Positions 12,350 to 25,968 of a stretch of DNA of 64,000 bases are shown here, piece by piece (within the stretch, counting starts at the first letter, position 1; each line of letters opens with the position of its first letter). A model generated the notes under the pieces. It was given only the letters and a program-made list of their open reading frames with translations. It did not search any database and was not told where the DNA came from. The stretch comes from Octopus vulgaris (taxonomy: Eukaryota), in assembly GCA_951406725.2 (NCBI GenBank), contig OX597816.1, positions 64,356,001 through 64,420,000 of the forward strand, given 5' to 3'. Made by a program: the position numbers and the translations under genes.

Positions 12350-12355
<6 letters not shown>
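11841..12355 (+). mobile_element. non-coding HHR-bearing tandem-repeat element (about 426 bp unit plus about 85 bp terminal redundancy)
   Basis: 11845-11930 repeated at 12271-12355; ends in (TA)n; homologous to 48933-50420. Confidence 0.8.
12136..12210 (+). ncRNA. type I hammerhead ribozyme motif
   Basis: ACGGCCA-CTGATGA-GAAT..ATTC-GAAA-CCTAGG-TA-TGACCGT; palindromic stem III; GUA cleavage triplet; one stem I mismatch. Confidence 0.75.
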
Positions 12356-12408
<53 letters not shown>

Positions 12409-12439
12409 GTATATGTGTATATATTTATATATATATTTA

Positions 12440-12481
<42 letters not shown>

Positions 12482-12580
12482 TATGCATGTATATATATAT
12501 GTGTATGTATTATATGTATACATGTACATGTATACGCACACACACACATCTGTTGGAATACTTTGTAGATATAGATAGAT

Positions 12581-12647
<67 letters not shown>

Positions 12648-13858
12648 AACATACATTTGAATAAATGTAATTAATATTACAACATTAATACCTTATGTAT
12701 TCTAAATTAGCCATCTCGCATTGCTAATTAATGCATATTCAAATTGATATTTTACAATATTTAAGTTGACTATTTCTAATAACCGTTATTCCTAACAAAG
12801 TTCTACAATTTCTCCTATCATAATTAAATTTCTATGAGAATCACATCCTGCCGCCGGCTGTATAGACTTATTAGTTCCATATTCTTCACTTGTACAGTAT
12901 TGTTATCACACTCAATTTTCGCATGAAAATTCCAAAATGTCGCTCTGATTTACAAAAAAAATCTACATCATACAAATATTAATAGCACATGTTGAAGTAA
13001 AATTGTTAAGAATTTCGTATATAAATATTAAATTTAATTAGACATTATACGATTGCGAATACATTCTTGGATTCGTGTTCATAAATTGACTAATTAAAAT
13101 TCATATTTTTAATTATAATCTTCAGTATTTTACTTTACCATATCAGTATGCTACAGCTTTTTCCAAAATCATAATAGGTTTAAAATTTTAGAAGATAAGT
13201 ATTTAATAAATAATTATTAGAACATAATATGTGCATACAGCCTAGAATTACACTCAACGAAATAAAGAAATTGTTTCGCTATTTTCCCTTCGGAATGTTC
13301 TGCTTTTATTTCCCGGTAATGATTTGTAGGTTCAGTATATTTCTTAACAACTGATAAAATATATAAATAATTCTAGAAAATGTCTTCGGATTCTCTGACA
13401 AATTTGTTGCTAATTAGAACAAAACTGCATCATCTAACATTAAGAAGCATATAGACAAACAAATCATAACCAGGAAACGTTGATTTAAACCTGGTACTTA
13501 TTCTATCGGTTTCTTTTTGCCGAACTGTAAATTATGGAGATGTAAACACAACAAAACAATGATGGGAGGGGGTATAAACACAGGCACAAATACACACACT
13601 CATACACATACTCACACACCCACATTCATGTTTGTTGTTTGTTCCTTCTCAAGCTATACCTGGTTCATAATCAGCCAGTTTCCCGCAAAATTTAGATTCA
13701 GATGAATATGGTACTTAAGTCAAAGGCACCAGAATTTTGTATGGTATTATCCATATAAATCAAATGGGGTGATTACAATCAAAACAAGCAACAAGTATAG
13801 AGTAGTACAATTGTTTTATACTACTTCCTTTTATTAAACACTGTAAATATTACATCAG

Positions 13859-13906
<48 letters not shown>

Positions 13907-15222
13907 CACAAATATCTTTATGAATGCCTTGGGGATTATGTATATGCTCGTACTCAAACACTCACACATAACCACTTATGCTTGTATGTTGAAGTGTCTA
14001 CTACAAATGAATATTCAGGATTTGGTGGAAATATATAAGTTATTTATTCACACAAGCAGATTGGTAAGGAATAACAGTATTCGAGGCACATGCAACGTAG
14101 TAGACACAAGTTTCAAATGATTGAGGACATCTTAGGCTAAAATGAAATATTGTTATATGAAAATTTCAGTCAATGTTATTTTGGCTGATCAAGCTCTTAT
14201 GCAAATAGCTTTGCTTCAATTTCTTTTCATGCATTTCACTTTTGAAAAATTGCATCAATGTCATCAACATAACTCTTATCAAATATCGCTCGCATATGAC
14301 ACATATGAGGCTGACTATGTAACAGCTGGCTCCGTAGAAACTTGCCGCTGAGATGAAAATTTGAAGTAATATAAATCATTTATCATCTTCTTTATTATAA
14401 CTTGCGAATTCGTAGGATCGATGAAATACTTTTGTTTAATAACAGATACTGTATTTCATATTTTCAGATCTGTCAGTAAATACACGTAGAGAGATATATA
14501 TTTAAGTGAAAATTGAAATAAGTACATGTTAGCTTGTAGTGATGGAGAAAACTATAAAATGTGGAAAACTGTAGCCGCTTCTTTAAGCTTGATGTATAGC
14601 CATGCAAGAATACTGAAAGGTGACTTGAGATCGACTTCTGCATGGAAAGTATCCGATTTCAGGAGAAATGCATTCAATGCATTTTATCTATGGTTTAATC
14701 TACAAAAGCAACTCCCACAATGTAATAATGTATTGAACGTATACATGTACGAACATGCATTTCGCTCATATCTACATATAACTGCGTGCGCAGCCATATA
14801 TATGCTGATGATGATGATGTGTTATTATATTTACTTGATGTGTCAGGCACGGAGAGCTTACTCATGGACAAACCAGGCCTTTTGCTGAGACTAGTGTGCT
14901 AGATGCCTATAATGCTACGTTTAAACTGATGAAGGTCAACATCTGAGACAAGAGGAAGAAACAGATTCCAGAAGAATGATATTGAGGGTAATAAGAACTG
15001 AAAATGGCGGTGTTATAAGGCGATGTTACCAACTGACAGGAAGCTTTGGATCAATCTCGTAAGCTTTGAGTAGTGAAAATGAGAAGAAGGTTTCGAAAGG
15101 CGCAGGAGTGGCTGTGTGGTAAGTAGCTTGTTTACCAACCACATGATTCATGGTTCATTCCCACTGCGTGGCACCTTGAGCAAGTGACTTCTACTATAGC
15201 TTCGGACCGACCAAAGCCTTGT

Positions 15223-15842
15223 GACAACGATCCTGAAACACGGTGTCCCTAGATGCAGTTCCGGCGGCCGGGGGTGTTTGTCTCCCCTTCGTATATGTAT
15301 ATAAGGACACAGGGAAAAAAATGTGTCAAAGCTATCAGGAGGCGTTCGATGCTTCCTAAGGCTATACAGCGGTGGTGTACCCCCTACTACCACTTTCTTG
15401 TTAGATTGACAGTATACAACCATTCTATCGCCCCACCACCGTACATGTCCCTACGAGAGATTTAGAAATTCAATATTTCTTATTTTGATAATCAGTGAAT
15501 AAACTTCACTGAATATATATATATACAATTACGAAGTCGAGGCAAATATCACCAGCTGACCGGTGTCTGCTACTCTAGGCCGATGAAGGACAACGATCCT
15601 GAAACACGGTGTCCCTAGATGCAGTTCCGGCGGCCGGGGGTGTTTGTCTCCCCTTCGTATATGTATATAAGGACACAGGGAAAAATGTGTCAAAGCTATC
15701 AGGAGGCGTTCGATGCTTCCTAGGGCTATACAGCGGTGGTGTACCCCCTACTGTCACGTTCTTGTTAGATTGACAGTATACAACCATTCTATCGCCCCAC
15801 CACCGTACATGTCTCTACGAGAGATTTAGAAATTCAATATTT

Positions 15843-15846
<4 letters not shown>
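15223..15846 (+). mobile_element. non-coding retrozyme-like element, 366 bp unit, about 1.7 copies
   Basis: 15225-15481 repeated at 15591-15846 with a few differences; contains one full and one half HHR. Confidence 0.85.
15567..15624 (+). ncRNA. type I hammerhead ribozyme motif, U4C core variant
   Basis: CTGC-tac-TCTAGG-CCGATGA-AGGA-caacga-TCCT-GAAA-CAC-g-GTG-TC-CCTAGA-t-GCAG; all three stems perfect; GUC site at 15611-15613. Confidence 0.85.
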
Positions 15847-15887
<41 letters not shown>

Positions 15888-16574
15888 ATATGTTTGTGTG
15901 TCTGTGTTTGTCCCCTCACCATCGCTTGACAACCGATGGTGGTGTTTTTACGTCCCCTTAAATTTGCGGTTCGGCAAAAAAGATCGATAGAATAAATACT
16001 GGGTTCCAAAGAATAAGTCCTGAGGTCGATTTGCTCGTCTAAAAGGCGGTGCTCCAGCATGGCCGCAGTCAAATGACTGAAACAAGTAAAATAGTAAAAG
16101 AGATATGATATTAAAATAGCTGACAAAATCGAGAGCTTTGTTGCTAGCCATGTAACAAAATTACCTTCATTGAAATACTTTGATGAAAACGTTCAACAGA
16201 TGAGACGTAATGAATAAAAATTCCATACATTCCGCCAATAAGATAGAGAGAGAGAGAGAGTGAGAGAGTGGGTGAGTGAGAGTGAAAGAGAGAGGCAAGA
16301 AGAGTAAAGCTTTCAGAGAATCTTTTGTTCATGCTTCGGATGACTATATTTCCTATTCTTTAAATTATTCCTACTGATTCGATTGTAAGATGCAGTTCGC
16401 TGATTCTCTCCCAACTGGACAGTGTCTACCACAATTCCCGTCCCTAAGTGAACTTGGATCCTAGTAGCTTACCAACTGGAGAACACAGACCGGTACCTAT
16501 CAGTTTGGGTTACTCTTGATTTAAACTGTTCATTTTCTCTCCATCCCTTCTCTCTTTGTGTGTATATATATATA

Positions 16575-16995
16575 AATATATATAAAAATACAAAATGGGA
16601 CAAGAACGCAAAACATTCAAATAGACGATACAAAAGACGGACGGGTCATTCGAAGCCTCTAATCTTCAGTCAAGAACCGGATCATCCTCGCAATTTCGGC
16701 TGATTAATCTTGAGATTGCTCCGATCTGGCCAGCCCTAAGGAAAAACTAAGCTACGAGCATTAGATATTTTGGAAAAAGGAACGAATGTATACGAAACAA
16801 GGACAGAAAAACGGACAATGTTACACGAATATAAATACAATAAACAATAATAATAATAATAACAGGACAAAAACAACAGCCTTCTTTCGACTTTAGACAG
16901 TTCAACTTAGCTGGCGTATTTGAAAAATAATGCCTTACGGCAGACGAAAAGGTGGATGTTGTGGCGCTGGTCAGAAGCCGAAAGGCTATAGTTGA
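16575..16995 (-). mobile_element. probable PLE terminal-repeat-like non-coding insert between (TA)n runs
   Basis: Flanked by TA runs; composition and GACTGAAGA motif resemble 24420-24832; no canonical HHR. Confidence 0.35.
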
Positions 16996-16996
16996 C

Positions 16997-17067
<71 letters not shown>

Positions 17068-17476
17068 TCCATATATACACATATATATGTGTGTGCACGT
17101 GTGTGTGTGTATGTATGTTTGTTTGAATTTATTTATATATGTATATATTATGTTTTTTTAGAAGTCTATAAAATCATTTTATCTCAGAATTGTCTACGAT
17201 ATCATATCTTCCAATGGTGTATACGGATGGTGGTTTTAATTTAATAGCGTTTCAATCGGTTACGCTGTGTATATTTGTACCCGGTGTTTGTCATAATCCT
17301 TTAGTATTTACCTACATTCGCGATATACCTCAAGCACACGTACACGCATATAATCATGCATAAAGAGATACATATACACATATGTATGTGTAGATATATA
17401 TATATATACACACATATATGAAAGCAATCAAATATATATGTGTATTTGTATGTGTATACATATATATGCATATTTA

Positions 17477-17522
<46 letters not shown>

Positions 17523-18506
17523 ACACTATAAATACACTCTCTGACTCCTCTCTCTTTCGGTTTCTTCTTTCTCTTTGTGTTTCTTTCTATTTTCTCTCTC
17601 TTTCTCTCCCCCATCTCTCTCTCTATATATATACACATACACTATAGATATTACTTTAGTTTTCATTGGTGTGTGGTCATTTTTATGAAAATTCCTTTTA
17701 ATCTCGACAAGTGTTCATGACATAACCCCATTCGGAGTTAACTATACCAAATCAATATCTTCAAAACTATACCTTTAATACGAAAATGTCTACGCACATA
17801 CATATATGCGTACATATATTTACATGAATACACACGCATAGATATACGTATGAAAATTTATACAGAGCGGGAGAAGATAAATAAGCATGTGTTCATTTAT
17901 GTATGTATGCGTATGTGTGCATAGACTATTAGTAATGTAGAGTGGTAGTTATTCTTTTACTATCGTACACACATATATACGTATATGTGTGTTCGATAAA
18001 CAGATTCATGTGTATATACTCCATGTGTAAAAATTGCTATTTGTACTAAATTCTATGTATCGAGACCGATTTCTCGCTTTTAATGTTCAATATAAGTGTT
18101 TAAATGCTAAAAATATATACAGAAATAAAAAACAACAACACAAATACATTAAACACTCGACCACATTCGAAAATAAATGATATTGTGAAAGTAGTTTTAT
18201 TTTCGTTTACTGAGTTACTGACAAATAGACACGAAGTCCATGCATTCGACTCCCCGTCTATTTGTGGAAATTGTGTTTTGGATTTCGGTTGTATGAAAAC
18301 GAGCTGTTTCAATGCTGCCAATAAACGTGAGTGGCGTGATGTATTTTAACGAGATACTTGCACCTCACAAACATAATCATTCTCTGACAATACATCTCAC
18401 ACACAAATTCGCTTACACTCACACTCATATTCATGTATATACACACACACATATATATGAGTCTATACGTACGTACATACGTACGTATTTTTTCGAATTT
18501 CATTGA

Positions 18507-18563
<57 letters not shown>

Positions 18564-19340
18564 TTATTTATTTATTTATTTATCTGTGTTTTTAGGTGTC
18601 AATAAAAACAATTTTACATTAAATTAAAGGATTACTCAATACATTTGTTAAAGTGCAAATTTGTTACTCTCTAACAAAAAGGATACTGAAAGTGACTTCG
18701 AAAATTCGGCTAGCGAAGCCATAACGATACTAGCACACATTTTATTGCATTTTGATTTATATATTTCTGTAAAGGTAAAGTTTTATACAGTGGGTTCAGT
18801 TTTAGCGCATAATAATTTGGTTTTATAGTGTGTGACGATTTAATGACATGGTGTTATGGAGAATTTTTATTGATTAAATCTGGTTTGTGCTATTACATGA
18901 AATCCATTCATACAAGCAGACCTATGTAATAAAATATGTATATTTACGTGCGTCATCTCCAGGTCATAGAGGTTTTAAAAAATCCATTTACGTTCAAAGG
19001 TGTATGCTGGTCAGCATATATGTCACTCACTTAAGTTGTTATTGTTGGGTATCAATGGTATATTTAACTTTTTAATTTGAAAATGTGGATATTGGATCTT
19101 AGAGCTACTTTTAACTAGTAGAAAAGTTTAAAGGAGCAAAAAACATAAAGCAATATGATGCTGTGGATTTTTGTAGGCCTTATTGTCAGAGTAATCCTAT
19201 AGAGTTGACATTTTAAAATGGTTACGTTCAGTCTTGAAATATGGGAGTTGACCGGTTCTATGCAGAGCATTTGGCCGGGCTTAGACCGATGAAATTTTTG
19301 ACAGGTGCGATATCATAATCACAGAACATCTTAAGACTAC

Positions 19341-19383
<43 letters not shown>

Positions 19384-19399
19384 GAGACAGAGAGAGAGC

Positions 19400-20110
19400 G
19401 AAAGATACAAAATCAGCAGGGTTATGTACCCACGGTCCTAGAGCTCCATAGAAGACGGCTGAAGGAAAGAAAATATCCAGTAATGTATAATGCAAATATA
19501 AACTAACCAAATGGGGATACAGCTGGAGATCAGTGTACAATACATTCTCACCCTGGACAATCGTCTTTGAGTCTGTATCGAGCCAAGTGTCACCGATGTG
19601 GAGATAAAGCAACACTGGAGAATGTTCTGATAGCTCACGTATCATCTATGGCAGTATATACCTGGTGCCACGAGCAAGTTTTAACCATCGTAACTCATGC
19701 GCTATAAGAGCACTGCAGCAACAATAAGATGAACATGGTCAGCATGAGACATCTTTGTGAGGCACCTATGAGATACCTATGGCACGTGATTTTGTAGGTG
19801 GATCCATTTGGCAACGAAATCGTTAGAACTCTGTATAGAGTCAGCAGAATTAAGAACCAAAACTTCTCCAAGGTTATGAAAGTTAGCTGCAGAGAAAAAT
19901 ATTCAGGAGTGTACAGGGGAGAATGAATCTAACCGGAAAGTGATACTTCAGGAGATCAGTGTATGATACATGTTCCCCCTGGTCATTTGTCATTTGGATT
20001 GTATCAAGATAAGTATCATCGATGAAGAGACAGGCAGTGCTGGAGAATATTCTGACAGCTTGTATTCTATCAATTACAGCATATAAATGAGATGGTATAA
20101 TAACGCATAA
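19400..20110 (+). pseudogene. two diverged tandem fragments of a HERO/NeSL-like RLE non-LTR element
   Basis: 19470-19660 aligns with 19895-20090; translation RSVYNT.. and CHRCGDKATLENVL..YTWCHEQVL resembles the zinc-knuckle / YTWRH motif. Confidence 0.55.
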
Positions 20111-21091
20111 TATTTGAGAATAACGTTGGAATCTTCCTGTCAATAATTTAATAAAACATACATTAAATTAATACGGCATAATGTTCTGGGAAATGAAGTC
20201 AAATTAAGCGCAGTAGTCGAAGTCAATTGGTCAGGAGATGTGTACATCATTTTCAAATTTAGTTGAGTAACAAAATATTCAATGCTGAACTGATGGAAAA
20301 TTTACAGTAATTCTATCCGGAAGAGAAATCTAGATTACAAAATATGACTGACTGAACACATTGATACATAATTATCCACTTCAGTAATAATCATAGAGTG
20401 CTGGTGTCTCACAAAACCGGAAACAACTGGTCTAGAGCACTTGGAAAATCATTGTCAATACGTATTGTTCAATAAAATATATGTCAATTAAATATTCAAT
20501 AATTTATCATGTAATCAGTGCATCTACACCATATATCTTTTATGTAGCTGAACGTATAACTGAAAAAACTGATCCACGTAATAAACGACCTCTGCAAAAG
20601 TACATATCTATGCGCGTGCTCAATAACCATATCTATGCACGCTTATATGCGTACATTTCTACATGCTTATATGCATATCAGGCATATATGTGTGTTTGCG
20701 TGTGTTTGTGTTAGTATACATATATATGTACGTAATACATACATATGTCGATACATACATACACACACATACATACGTCAATGCCTATTCTCTTGATATT
20801 GTGATGACCTTCTTACTGAAAGTGGCACACTTTTGAAGAATTCCTAAAATAAGTCAGGACATTGCAAACATAGTTATATACAGAAGGAAATGAAAATGGA
20901 TATATATACATATATATATACATTTTGTGTTTATACCAACTTGATATCTTGAAAATCGTGATCAAAGGTTTTTATGAGATTCTGATACTTATATCAGAGC
21001 TTTGTTTCCATAAAAATACATTTTTACCTGTATTTCCCAAAGTATCGAACATTATTTTTCGTTTCCTTCCTACGAACAAGTATGACCTTGT

Positions 21092-21123
<32 letters not shown>

Positions 21124-21223
21124 TGTATGTATGTAGGTATATATTTCTTTTTTCAGTTATTAGATTGTGGCCATACTGGAGCACTTATGTATATGTATGC
21201 CAGTATATATTTATATATATATA

Positions 21224-21261
<38 letters not shown>

Positions 21262-21327
21262 TGTGTGTGTGATTTTGTGTCTACGTATGTATGCATGTAT
21301 TTAAACATTTGTTTACAAAGCTATAAT

Positions 21328-21367
<40 letters not shown>

Positions 21368-21686
21368 GGCAGAGAATGTTCAATTGCTTTAAACTTTATT
21401 TGCATTGCCTGCAACCTTTGTGTAATCGCTTCATAATTCATGGTACCTCAATAAAGACGAACACATTATTGAATACTTAGTTCTAATATCTTAATGGAAA
21501 AGTTATAGCATTTTTTTAATACATTATAATCATATAGTTCACTAATGTATTTACTAATAGCTTTGCGTTTGATTTATTGCAAATTCGATCAGTAATGATA
21601 GAAACACATCTACTACATATAAGCAACCATAAGAACTACACACATACATACTTACCTACTTATATATATATATATATATACATATA

Positions 21687-21737
<51 letters not shown>

Positions 21738-21759
21738 GCGTGTGTGTATATATATATAA

Positions 21760-21798
<39 letters not shown>

Positions 21799-21852
21799 TA
21801 GATAGATAGATAGATACATATATATATATACGTACACAAATACGTACACGCA

Positions 21853-21896
<44 letters not shown>

Positions 21897-22268
21897 TATA
21901 CATGAAATTTTGTGTAGGTATATAAGCATATATGTGTATGGTTGTTGGTGCATATACATATATACATATTAAAATGTATGTGTCTGTGCGAGCGTGTGTG
22001 TTTATGCATGTGTGTGTGTGTGCTTGTATTTGTGTGGCTGTCTATGTTTCTACGTAAGCGCTGTAGGTGCGTATACATTCAAATATGTGCGTTCTTGTGT
22101 TTGTTTACTCTTTTAGACTATTATGAATTGAAGCTATATATATGCACGTGTTTTTCAATAGTACACTTTCTTGATCTTTCTCACTCTACCAATCTACCTA
22201 TTTTCTTTTCTCGCTCGCTCCCACCCTTTATCTTCCATTTCCTACTTTTTATATACATACCTAAATAA

Positions 22269-22350
<82 letters not shown>

Positions 22351-22439
22351 TCAAACATATAAACATGCACACACACAAAAGAACACATTGCACAAAGACA
22401 AACACAAACACACACACATGTACATATATATACATACAC

Positions 22440-22503
<64 letters not shown>

Positions 22504-24419
22504 GTGATGGTGTGTGTGTTCGTGTGCATGGTTGTATTACTCATTCAACTGTACAATATTCGCCTAGAAGTACACAAGTATACGTCTATCTATACGGGGA
22601 TGTTTGTGTCTGAGTTTTGTCTGTTTGCGTTTGTGCGTACAGACAAGTAAACACATTATAAGCATGCATACACACATACTTACTTATGTCCATACAATAC
22701 GTATAGACGTAATTATTTATCTTGACGTGCAATTAAAATTTTATTCCGGAACTGACCGGCATATACAGTTCGTAATAGAAACAAAACATTTGTCACAATT
22801 TTGTTTTTATTATTACTCTTATAAATTTCTATATTGCAACTCATAGAGACACCCCACCTCACCATACAAATCCACGTTCACCAGGCTCTGACTTAAAAGT
22901 GGGAGTCTAATTTTCCTATTGAGTACACACGTGTGTGTGTGTATGTGTGTATTCATGTATATATGTATGTATGCATTATGTATCTATGTATGTATCTAGC
23001 TATATATATACATATATATATATATATGTATATCTATCTATATATGTATATATACATATATATATATGTATATCTATCTGTCTATATATATGTGTATATA
23101 CAAATATATTTATATTTATATACATATACACACACAAACACACACACACAAACACACACACACAAACACGCACACACACAGACACACGCAGACACACACA
23201 CACGCAGACACACACACACGCAGACACACACACACACACATATATATATATACCTTAATGAAAATTAGAGAAGTTAAATACTTTAACACATATATGTGTG
23301 TATATATACAAATAAATTTAGATTAAGTCGAAAATGGAGAAATCTTGATCAACAACAATTGATTACCATCGATTATTATTTTTAATACTAAACATTATCC
23401 AATCTAACAGCCGGTTCTGCTTCCAATGTCCAACAGTGATGCCAAATAAAATTCTGAGAATAATTTTCGTCAAATTTTGTAAGGCATCCGATCTGGAACA
23501 TGTAACTTCATCAGAGTAAAGAAAAAACATAAACGAAAAGAAAAGAGGAAGAGCCTCGAGAGGAGGCCTGAAGCCTTTCACTGTAAAATGGCATGATTCA
23601 AATATATTAACCTCCTCCTCTCGAGGCTCTTCCACTTCTCTTTCACAGTTCAAATTCACGAAAGTATAGATGTTGATCCCTAAGTCCTTAGGTACAATCC
23701 TGTGGAAAGTCACGTATGGTTGTAGCGTTACTACAGTAAATAACCAGAGACAATTGCGAACGTATCGAAGTTTCGTAAGAGAATGATAATGGAGGTGGCT
23801 ATTAAGGAATAAAGGGAATGAAAAACAAATACAAAGAGAAGAATGTAAAGATAGGGAAGCAGGAAGTACAGAAAGTGCAGGCGGAAAGCAAGAATTGGTG
23901 TGAAGGATAAAATAAGGTATATAAAAATATAATGTACGAAAATAAACAAGATGAAAATATAAACATGTCGTCTATATCATCGTTTCATTAATCTATACCC
24001 TTCACATTTTTCCTATCTGTCTCCGATGACAGAATATCCCATGCTTTGGGATAACCCAGAAACAGTTGTAACTTTTTCCTATAGTAATTACGTACATGAC
24101 AACAAATATTTGTCTTGCCTTAGCGTTTGTTGTTCTCTTTAACAATAATATGTATATGTATATATATACATATACGACGGGTTTCTTTCAGTTTCCCTCC
24201 ATCTAATCTGCTCAGAAGGCATTATAATAGAAGACACTTGCGCAAGGTGCCTTGCAGTGTGACTGGACGGGGAACCATGTGGTTGGTTACAAGCTACTTA
24301 CCACACAGGCACACCTGCACCCATATATATATATATATAAATATATATTAATAAATGAAATAAAACATATGCATATATATAAACATATATGTACGTACCT
24401 ACCTCTACATGTACATATA

Positions 24420-24832
24420 CACGCATATATGAGTACAGGACACCAAAAGGACGTCGAACACAAAGAGAAAGGAAAACATAGACACAAACCAAAGGAACAG
24501 GACATTTTTTTAAAAACAACAAAAATGGAGTACAGGACAATTGACACAACGAAAAAACCCCTTCTTCAGTCGCTAAGGTTTCATCTACTCTACATTTCGA
24601 AGGATAAAAGCGAGACGTATCTTCGACAAGAAACTTTCCTTCCTGCGAAAAGCAAATCAATTAAAATTCTGAGATCTTTTCGCAGAGGGGTAAAAAATGG
24701 TAAAAAAATGGTAAAAAAACAGGACACTAACGACAGTACAAAAATATAAACAGTAAGAAAGCAGTAAAAAAATATATATAACAGTAAAAGACAGGACAGG
24801 GAAAACAAGATAAGAAGGGCTGTATATATATA
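24420..24832 (-). mobile_element. PLE terminal-repeat-like non-coding insert
   Basis: Its end (minus: ..TGTGTTC..GTCCTGTACTCATATATGC) matches 35885-35950, which abuts a PLE GIY-YIG fragment; TA-flanked. Confidence 0.5.
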
Positions 24833-24988
24833 TGTATATATATATATATATATAGAGGGCATTATACATACATGCCAGATGGCATTATACATACATGCCA
24901 CACGCTAAGAGGGACAATTAGTCATTTCTACCAAAAATATTACTAATCCCACCGAATGCAATTTTTCAAAGTAAGACATTTAAAAAAT

Positions 24989-25036
24989 AGACCTGTATCA
25001 CAGTGATTTCATACTTACGTATTCATCAGCAGGCCT
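24989..25036 (-). ncRNA. type I hammerhead ribozyme
   Basis: Exact reverse complement of 25446-25493. Confidence 0.88.
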
Positions 25037-25445
25037 GGATATATCATACATAAACGACCCTGCCTCGCCTAAGCCGATCAGCTAACTGATCAACATCAAA
25101 CGAAGCACATGGGTGAGTTTACATATATTACATCCTGTAAATGTCAGACTTTTTACGAATTGCATTTCGGGAAAGGAAAAGTTTTTTCGGAATAAAAATT
25201 TAGCAATTAAGGACAACTACTTAATAAGGAAAACTTAACAAGAAATTGTCAGGTAGATAGCGTGAAAACCTCATAAGAGAAAAAATTTCGAAAATAATTA
25301 TTTCTTATTGAACATATTAATTTATATATAGAGGGCATTATACATACATGCCAGATGGCATTATACATACATGCCACACGCTAAGAGGTTGATCAGTTAG
25401 CTGATCGGCTTAGGTGAGGCAGGGTCGTTTATGTATGATATATCC

Positions 25446-25493
25446 AGGCCTGCTGATGAATACGTAAGTATGAAATCACTGTGATACAGGTCT
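25446..25493 (+). ncRNA. type I hammerhead ribozyme
   Basis: AGGCCTG-CTGATGA-ATAC-GTAA-GTAT-GAAA-TCAC-t-GTGA-TA-CAGGTCT; canonical core, GNRA loop II, 1-nt loop III, AUA site at 25484-25486. Confidence 0.9.
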
Positions 25494-25920
25494 ATTTTTT
25501 AAATGTCTTACTTTGAAAAATTGCATTCGGTGGGATTAGTAATATTTTTGGTAGAAATGACTAATTGTCCCTCTTAGCGTGTGGCATGTATGTATAATGC
25601 CATCTGGCATGTATGTATAATGCCCTCTATATATAAATTAATATGTTCAATAAGAAATAATTATTTTCGAAATTTTTTCTCTTATGAGGTTTTCACGCTA
25701 TCTACCTGACAATTTCTTGTTAAGTTTTCCTTATTAAGTAGTTGTCCTTAATTGCTAAATTTTTATTCCGAAAAAACTTTTCCTTTCCCGAAATGCAATT
25801 CGTAAAAAGTCTGACATTTACAGGATGTAATATATGTAAACTCACCCATGTGCTTCGTTGATGTTGATCAGTTAGCTGATCGGCTTAGGCGAGGCAGGGT
25901 CGTTTATGTATGATATATCC

Positions 25921-25968
25921 AGGCCTGCTGATGAATACGTAAGTATGAAATCACTGTGATACAGGTCT
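25921..25968 (+). ncRNA. type I hammerhead ribozyme
   Basis: Identical to 25446-25493, 475 nt downstream. Confidence 0.9.

Larger units (their letters stand above)
15098..16102 (+). mobile_element. tRNA-derived SINE interrupted by an HHR tandem element
   Basis: Head 15098-15224; second half resumes after (TA)n at about 15890. Confidence 0.85.

Noticed and set aside
24575-24645. Hammerhead in the 24420-24832 insert (and the similar 16680-16745 and 62665-62715 segments)
   Set aside because: A stem, in two cases followed by GAAA, is present, but no recognisable NUGAN(G/C/A)A core or consistent stem I; left uncalled
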